Shown: positions 34,061 to 39,139 of the stretch, one piece after another
How the letters are laid out: each line of letters opens with the position of its first letter
Numbering within the stretch: position 1 is the first letter of the stretch
Virus record (IMG/VR): IMGVR_UViG_3300005918_000018
Direction: 5' to 3' (one strand)
Length of the DNA stretch: 39,139 bases
Source of the DNA: a virus
Taxonomy: Duplodnaviria; Heunggongvirae; Uroviricota; Caudoviricetes
Made by a program: the position numbers and the translations under genes
Notes under the pieces: model-generated
What the model was told of the DNA's origin: nothing
The model's input: only the letters and a program-made list of their open reading frames with translations
Database searches by the model: none

Positions 34061-34107
34061 AACAAACCTCCTAGAGTAGTTATACCCTAGAAGGCTTAAT
34101 TTGAGGC

Positions 34108-36180
34108 TTAATCTTTATTGAAAGGCAACTCACAAGTATCATTAGAGCAGAACTTTTCATCTACTTCATGTTTCGTGGTTCCCATGTAAATTTCCCCACA
34201 CCGATTCACCATAGCAAGGTATTCTTCCTTGGTTGCCGTCTGATATGGAGGGTAATCATACGTATCTTCGTAATCCAAAGCAGGGAGCATAGAAACACCT
34301 TTGAGTTGATCCTCATAGGTCTCCAGACAAGTTTCCAGATCTCGTTTCTCATCAGCTCGGAATGTTACCGTTACTGAAACTTGATTATCTGCCCAATGAC
34401 GCTGCATATCGACAGCATTAGCAAACTGCTCCCAAACTGTTACATCAGCCTTGCCTTTGGTAAAGAGTTTCTCCTTAACAGGGAAAGCAATAACCGAAGT
34501 GTCATCAGCATAAGTATCTGGGTGTACATCGAAACCAGCATCACGAGCAGCCTGAACTAAAGGACTGGTATTAGCAACACGGATATGACGGATGTAGTAC
34601 TCAGAGTGAGGGTAATGGATTCCCGGAGTTGCCCCACACAGGAGAGACACAGTACCTGAAGGTTTAACTGTCGTAGCCTTAACTGACAGAGGAATTCCCA
34701 ACCAATCAGAGTAAGTCTGATCCAATTCTCGAATATAACCATAACCATCACCACACCAATTGAAGAATGCACGACGGCCAAACTTCTCCATTGCCTGAGT
34801 AATCCCACTCATAGAACAACCGATCCGGCGGTTCCTGAGCATAACAGCATTGGCTCTAGGGTCATGAGTCGGCACAAGAGTCACAGTCTTGGCATATAAG
34901 TAGGCCATTTTCAATGTCTTCTCAAAATCCTCATAGTCATCATGGTGAGCTGGGTATGTCTCGACCAGATTACACAATTCATAGGATTCAAGGGATTGCT
35001 CCCCACAGGGGTTAGTCCCAGCTACTCGACGATCCTTATTATCTGCCGGGTCTTTCATTCGGCTGAACTGCCGAGCATTATCGAGCCAGCATATTCCAGG
35101 TTCTCCATTGGTGGCTACTTTCTCAACAATAGCTGAATAGTCCATACCAATCCGAGCAAACACGGAGTTATTAGAAGCCCAACGGCGGTCGTTCAAGGCT
35201 TCCTGATCTTGTTTCAGGTTGATGAATTCCTCATCTTCTGGCTCACCAAACATAATCTCGGCTGTTCGACGAACACCACCGGAAACGACACACTTGCCGA
35301 TGTAGTTGAAAACATCCACGATTTTTCCGGATGTTATCTTGTAAGGTTCTCCCTCACCAATGAATTCAGCCTTGGCTTCATATATCTTACTCCCATCATC
35401 TTCCATATCTACCACAAATTTAAGGGCAACAGACTCAGGAAGAAGAATACGGGATACACAATCAATCATATCGTGCAAAGGTTTGGGTCCAGAAGCCACA
35501 CCACCGAAAGTTTTAATAACTGCCCCACGGCCTCTAACCTTGGAATAATCTATCAACAACGGGAAATGTCCTTTTCCAACGAATGAATTTAACACCACTT
35601 TGAGAATTTCAGCCCAACCTTCACGGCTATCTTCAACAACGAAAGGTTCATCTGTTGTACGTGGGGTATTAATCTTAACTTTCCCTGCACCACGGCAGTC
35701 TCCTCCGACCCCAACACCCAGCATGGACATGTCCATCAAGAATGTAAAAGGAGCTGAGAAATCTTCTGCAATATTCTCAGTTGAGACGAAAGCACAGTTC
35801 TGAAGGGCACCACTTCCTCGTTCATAAACGAGATCAGTACCCATCATCCACAAACCACGACCCGGAGGTGTGAATTTGAATGCCCAGATACGTTCAAACA
35901 TATCCTGAGCTGATTTCTGAGCTTTATCCTCTTTCCAAGGAAGACCCATCTGTTTACAATGGATTTTCTGAATGTTAAAGCAACCTTCGACAACACGCTG
36001 GATGGTTTGCCAAAATTCTTCTGTACTACCGTCATCCAAGGCACGAGCATAAGTACGCTTGAATGTGAAATATCCTATTGGACCCCATTTGGGTTGTTTA
36101 TCTCGGTAGTTTTCGACAAAGGATGGTTGGAGGGTGAAAGAACGTACTTTGCGGTCATCCGCAGTTTGGTTAAAAATCAT
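34108..36180 (-). CDS. nrdJ: Class II (adenosylcobalamin-dependent) monomeric ribonucleotide reductase
   Basis: TPPGRG, QNCAF, TNPCGE, CNLVE, TTVKPSGT, DNQVS, C-terminal CSNDTC; no ATP cone. Confidence 0.93.
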   Translation of the reverse strand: MIFNQTADDRKVRSFTLQPSFVENYRDKQPKWGPIGYFTFKRTYARALDDGSTEEFWQTIQRVVEGCFNIQKIHCKQMGLPWKEDKAQKSAQDMFERIWAFKFTPPGRGLWMMGTDLVYERGSGALQNCAFVSTENIAEDFSAPFTFLMDMSMLGVGVGGDCRGAGKVKINTPRTTDEPFVVEDSREGWAEILKVVLNSFVGKGHFPLLIDYSKVRGRGAVIKTFGGVASGPKPLHDMIDCVSRILLPESVALKFVVDMEDDGSKIYEAKAEFIGEGEPYKITSGKIVDVFNYIGKCVVSGGVRRTAEIMFGEPEDEEFINLKQDQEALNDRRWASNNSVFARIGMDYSAIVEKVATNGEPGICWLDNARQFSRMKDPADNKDRRVAGTNPCGEQSLESYELCNLVETYPAHHDDYEDFEKTLKMAYLYAKTVTLVPTHDPRANAVMLRNRRIGCSMSGITQAMEKFGRRAFFNWCGDGYGYIRELDQTYSDWLGIPLSVKATTVKPSGTVSLLCGATPGIHYPHSEYYIRHIRVANTSPLVQAARDAGFDVHPDTYADDTSVIAFPVKEKLFTKGKADVTVWEQFANAVDMQRHWADNQVSVTVTFRADEKRDLETCLETYEDQLKGVSMLPALDYEDTYDYPPYQTATKEEYLAMVNRCGEIYMGTTKHEVDEKFCSNDTCELPFNKD

Positions 36181-36269
36181 AGTTAGCTTACTCCAGGTTC
36201 GATTGGGTTGTGAAAGTTCTTAATTTTTTTTTCTCTTCATAGAGGGTAATAATTAAAAAAAAAACGAAA

Positions 36270-36278
36270 ATTATAACA
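36270..36278 (-). promoter_or_regulatory. Extended -10 promoter upstream of nrdJ
   Basis: TGTTATAAT (TGn-TATAAT) in an A/T-tract intergenic region about 90 nt upstream of the ATG. Confidence 0.6.
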
Positions 36279-36295
36279 GTTAATAAAAAAAGACT

Positions 36296-37273
36296 TTACC
36301 GACATAATTCCAAAAGACCTGAAGATAAAATCACCCAAGGATTATTTTGTCCTGAAAGAATTGACCGCTTGGAATCCCCAAGAATTTTAATTAACCGGAT
36401 CACGTCTGACCTGTCCCAGTTTGCAACTTGTGGAAACAACTTATTTTTATAATACCAAGGGTTCAAACCAAGGAGTTTAGCAGCATCATCTAATGGGATA
36501 TTTTTACTCTTTAAATCGGTAATACCTAACCACTTAGTGGCAGAATTAGCAAGGTATGAACAAATAGCCATAGTAGGATCATACTTAGAATTCTTTTTGA
36601 GTCTTTCCATCGTTTTTATAAGTTTTTTTGCATTTCTCAGAGCAACGGCGTTCACCACAGGAACAATGGCTAATTCGGCCAAGGGTGCCACAGCCCCTTT
36701 TATGTGAGCAGGGGAAATCTCAGACACTCCATCAACATCGGCCAACATTGACATTTTCAGAATCTCAAAAGATAAGAATCCGAAATCTGTCCCTGATGCA
36801 ACAACAAGAGCTCCAGCAAAATCTGACTGGATAGTTTTCCCATGTACTTTAGCTTCATCTATACAGAATTGAGTAGCAGCTGCATCCATATCCCAATCTT
36901 TTGGGTTCGGATGATTCACATGAGATTTCCCTAGTGTCTTCAAGAACTTCCCAAACTTTGTGTTACCTTTAGGATCACCCTCATAATATAAAAGAGCTAT
37001 GATGTCCTCATCCTCACTCTCATAATGAGACTTCAACAATTCTAAGTTTGCTTTTTCAGGCTTGCTAACGATAACCAAAATACTTGAACCATCATCGAAG
37101 AAAGCATTAGGTGAAAGAGCTACATCCAGCTTCCCAATATTAGACCCGTCAACGTATTCAATCTTCCAGTCATTATGATTAGCAATCAGAGCTTGGAGTT
37201 CTCGGTTCCTTAGATAAGGCTGGGAACCAGAGATGGCCAGTACAGGATGGAATTTAGCCACGGGCACCTCCAA
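36296..37273 (-). CDS. holA: DNA polymerase III delta (HolA)-like clamp-loader subunit
   Basis: ISGSQPYL, AFFDDG..LVIV, IQSDFAGALV..SGTDF..L..EILKM, helical collar ending LELCR. Confidence 0.7.
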   Translation of the reverse strand: MEVPVAKFHPVLAISGSQPYLRNRELQALIANHNDWKIEYVDGSNIGKLDVALSPNAFFDDGSSILVIVSKPEKANLELLKSHYESEDEDIIALLYYEGDPKGNTKFGKFLKTLGKSHVNHPNPKDWDMDAAATQFCIDEAKVHGKTIQSDFAGALVVASGTDFGFLSFEILKMSMLADVDGVSEISPAHIKGAVAPLAELAIVPVVNAVALRNAKKLIKTMERLKKNSKYDPTMAICSYLANSATKWLGITDLKSKNIPLDDAAKLLGLNPWYYKNKLFPQVANWDRSDVIRLIKILGDSKRSILSGQNNPWVILSSGLLELCR

Positions 37274-37868
37274 CTAAGGCTGAGAGAATCTCAATGTCTG
37301 TAGGGTTATGTAATAAAGTTATTGGTCGTAACTGTTCCCAGAGCTGGCGGCTTTCAAGTCGGGAATCTGTTGACAAAGCATCAGCAACAGAACCGATCAG
37401 GTCGTGCTCTCGTTTCTTGTAACTTTTAATAATCCCCGGTATTTTATAAAAGTTATCTTCGTGGATGGCTTCAACCACATCAAACCCAGCATCTATCAGC
37501 TCTTGGTCAGTCTCCTCGTCAGGAATATCCACCCACCGAGGCAAACATCTTGATTGGATAGTAGGAGTGACTCCTGAGACATCGTGTGCCCATAGAATGG
37601 GTTGAATTCGGGTATCGTCAAATTCCTCAATACGTTTCAGAAGAACGTCAGAAGCTCGTGGCATAACCAAATCCATCGGACCGATTACAATAGTCCCAAC
37701 ATCTGTACCGACAGGAATATTACTAAAAGCTAAAACAGCGTCCCGAGCTTCTTGGGTTTTTAACCCACCATCTCCGAACGGTTCAGCCATTAGGGTACCA
37801 ATTGAATGAGCTTCGTCTATAGCAACTTGCCTAGCCCCTGGGCCATAAAATAATAAACATGAAGACAT
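37254..37868 (-). CDS. holB: DNA polymerase III delta-prime (HolB)-like subunit, shortened
   Basis: LLFYGPG, ASDVLLKRIEE, ILWAH...PTIQSRC; lacks the Walker A Lys and the Zn module. Confidence 0.75.
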   Translation of the reverse strand: MSSCLLFYGPGARQVAIDEAHSIGTLMAEPFGDGGLKTQEARDAVLAFSNIPVGTDVGTIVIGPMDLVMPRASDVLLKRIEEFDDTRIQPILWAHDVSGVTPTIQSRCLPRWVDIPDEETDQELIDAGFDVVEAIHEDNFYKIPGIIKSYKKREHDLIGSVADALSTDSRLESRQLWEQLRPITLLHNPTDIEILSALVGGARG

Positions 37869-37904
37869 AAGAGCCCTCCTCTCATGACTTCTTACCCCAG
37901 ATTT

Positions 37905-38111
37905 TTATCTTGTGATATGGAAAGACTTTCCGCAAGTCAAACATCGATACCGAACAACATTCCCTTTAGGGTCGAAACCGCCTCCGGGTTGTATTTGGTT
38001 CAAGTCTTTTTGGAATACTATAACGGCATAGTTACCTTCACAACCTTTAGTTGCTCGGCAACTCATCCATACTCTCTTCTCACCAGGTTTTGGTTCTTGT
38101 AATTCAGCCAT
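37905..38111 (-). CDS. Small Zn-ribbon protein
   Basis: C-x5-C...CLTC; start likely 38111 after AGGAG. Confidence 0.6.
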   Translation of the reverse strand: MAELQEPKPGEKRVWMSCRATKGCEGNYAVIVFQKDLNQIQPGGGFDPKGNVVRYRCLTCGKSFHITR

Positions 38112-38124
38112 TAGGAATCTCCTA

Positions 38125-38583
38125 TCAGGTTGTGGATCTATCATCAGGTAATTCAAAGTGTATACGTAACCAATTCATATTACCATACAACCCAGGATTG
38201 CTCTCTGTAGATTCTTCTTCAAAGTCCTCTATATTATAACCTTCCATCGGTGGCCAGTAGCCTAAAGATATCAATTTAGCCTTTAAGACCTCACTCACAT
38301 AGGCTACCTGAGCATCATAATCTCCAATTTCAGTCATGTTTCTAGTCCAAAGAACCTGCAGGACTGGGAATACAGCTTGTTCCCAGATGAACCAAGCTAC
38401 TTGAAAAGGAAAGAAAACTTTATATCCTGATCTTAATGGTCCTTGAGCTGACATCTGAACAAAAACCATATAGGATGGGTGAGCTCTTGTTGTAGAAGGA
38501 AACTTAACGATTGCTCTCCGGTATAAAAGATGTAACACCCCTACAGCAAGTCGTTCTGTTTCTTTTTCTAATAGTATTACCAT
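38125..38583 (-). CDS. Hypothetical protein
   Basis: 152 aa; upstream GAGGT RBS; first gene after the non-coding region. Confidence 0.6.
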   Translation of the reverse strand: MVILLEKETERLAVGVLHLLYRRAIVKFPSTTRAHPSYMVFVQMSAQGPLRSGYKVFFPFQVAWFIWEQAVFPVLQVLWTRNMTEIGDYDAQVAYVSEVLKAKLISLGYWPPMEGYNIEDFEEESTESNPGLYGNMNWLRIHFELPDDRSTT

Positions 38584-39139
38584 TCTACCACCTCACCCTA
38601 TGGGTTTTATAAAGAGTTTATGGATTTTTGACATACCTCACCACTGACCCCAGGGTTGGGATCTCTTAATTAGTCATACTGACCGGTTCGGGTTACTCTC
38701 TCTACTATAACGCTTTGGAACAATTAAGTGTTTATCTTCATGGTTTTCTAAATTCTTATTACTACAGGAATCCTAAAGGATTCCTTCTGATCTTATATTA
38801 GGACTCAAAGCATCAGAAGGTTTGTCCAGTCGGTCCGGGAGACAACCTTTCCATGAGTAACTGGCTTCTCCGTTGTTCCCTCAGCTAAATTAATACTGTT
38901 AGGGAAAAACTGTAGGTGTGTATCCTCCTCTACAAAGGGTTTTTAAACTTTCAGGTAGAGGGACTACAGATTTCATTAAATTTTAAATGAACACGTTTGG
39001 ATCAGTGGCAATTACTTAACTCAAAGGTTTCCACATCAGTTTCCTGATTGTTGTTCTTCATTAGATTCCTGAGTCCAAATAGGAAATTCTAATTAGCCTT
39101 CAATACGGGCCTCCACTTGAGAGGCTTATAGAAGCGGTC
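38584..39139. other. Non-coding region of at least 556 bp, dense in inverted repeats
   Basis: No ORF of 60 aa or more in the track, and several stems are visible (see findings). Confidence 0.6.

Noticed and set aside
34092-34112. AGGCTTAAT direct repeat with 12-nt period near the nrdJ stop
   Set aside because: Only 9 bp and two copies, one overlapping the stop codon; too weak to report alone.
367-38239. The many short plus-strand ORFs and nested minus-strand ORFs in the track (e.g. 2228-2797, 27345-27932, 29855-30469)
   Set aside because: They are shadow frames overlapping well-supported minus-strand genes, with no RBS or recognisable motifs. Only 23028-23624 is credible.
38584-39139. Group I intron or tRNA in the terminal non-coding region
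   Set aside because: GACTACA and TAGTCC resemble the R and S elements, but they are the same site read on opposite strands and no partner element was found. No cloverleaf or T-loop consensus was seen.
1-39139. Stop-codon reassignment, as in some large phages
   Set aside because: Conserved genes are full length in the standard code, and TAA, TAG (e.g. 9481) and TGA (e.g. 23634) all end genes at sensible positions.

Overview
A 39 kb, AT-rich, gene-dense piece of a large (probably jumbo) tailed phage genome, read in the standard genetic code. Nearly all genes are on the minus strand. In transcription order (right to left) it contains: a hairpin-rich non-coding stretch; clamp-loader subunits (delta-prime-like, delta-like); a class II (B12-dependent) ribonucleotide reductase; a recombination block (RecD2-like helicase, putative mediator, putative SSB, RuvC-like resolvase, RecA, SbcC N-half with an intein, SbcD); an inverted HNH homing endonuclease with its own promoter; small accessory genes and a polynucleotide kinase/phosphatase; a Cas4/AddB-like nuclease; a beta clamp; a separate SbcC C-half; a Toprim-only primase; DnaX; a NusG paralogue; a tandem sigma70-region-4-like HTH protein; a block of probable virion/head genes; and the terminase (putative small subunit plus the 5' end of the large subunit). 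The most notable points are an SbcC/Rad50 split at the zinc hook into genes 7 kb apart, an Ala-starting class 3 intein in its Walker A motif, a recurrent intergenic GGGTA(A/T) element upstream of seven genes, a possible RNA switch next to the NusG and HTH genes, and a shared N-terminal motif plus K/R-x-A-S/A motifs in the putative head proteins. All product calls come from motif recognition by eye, with no database searches.
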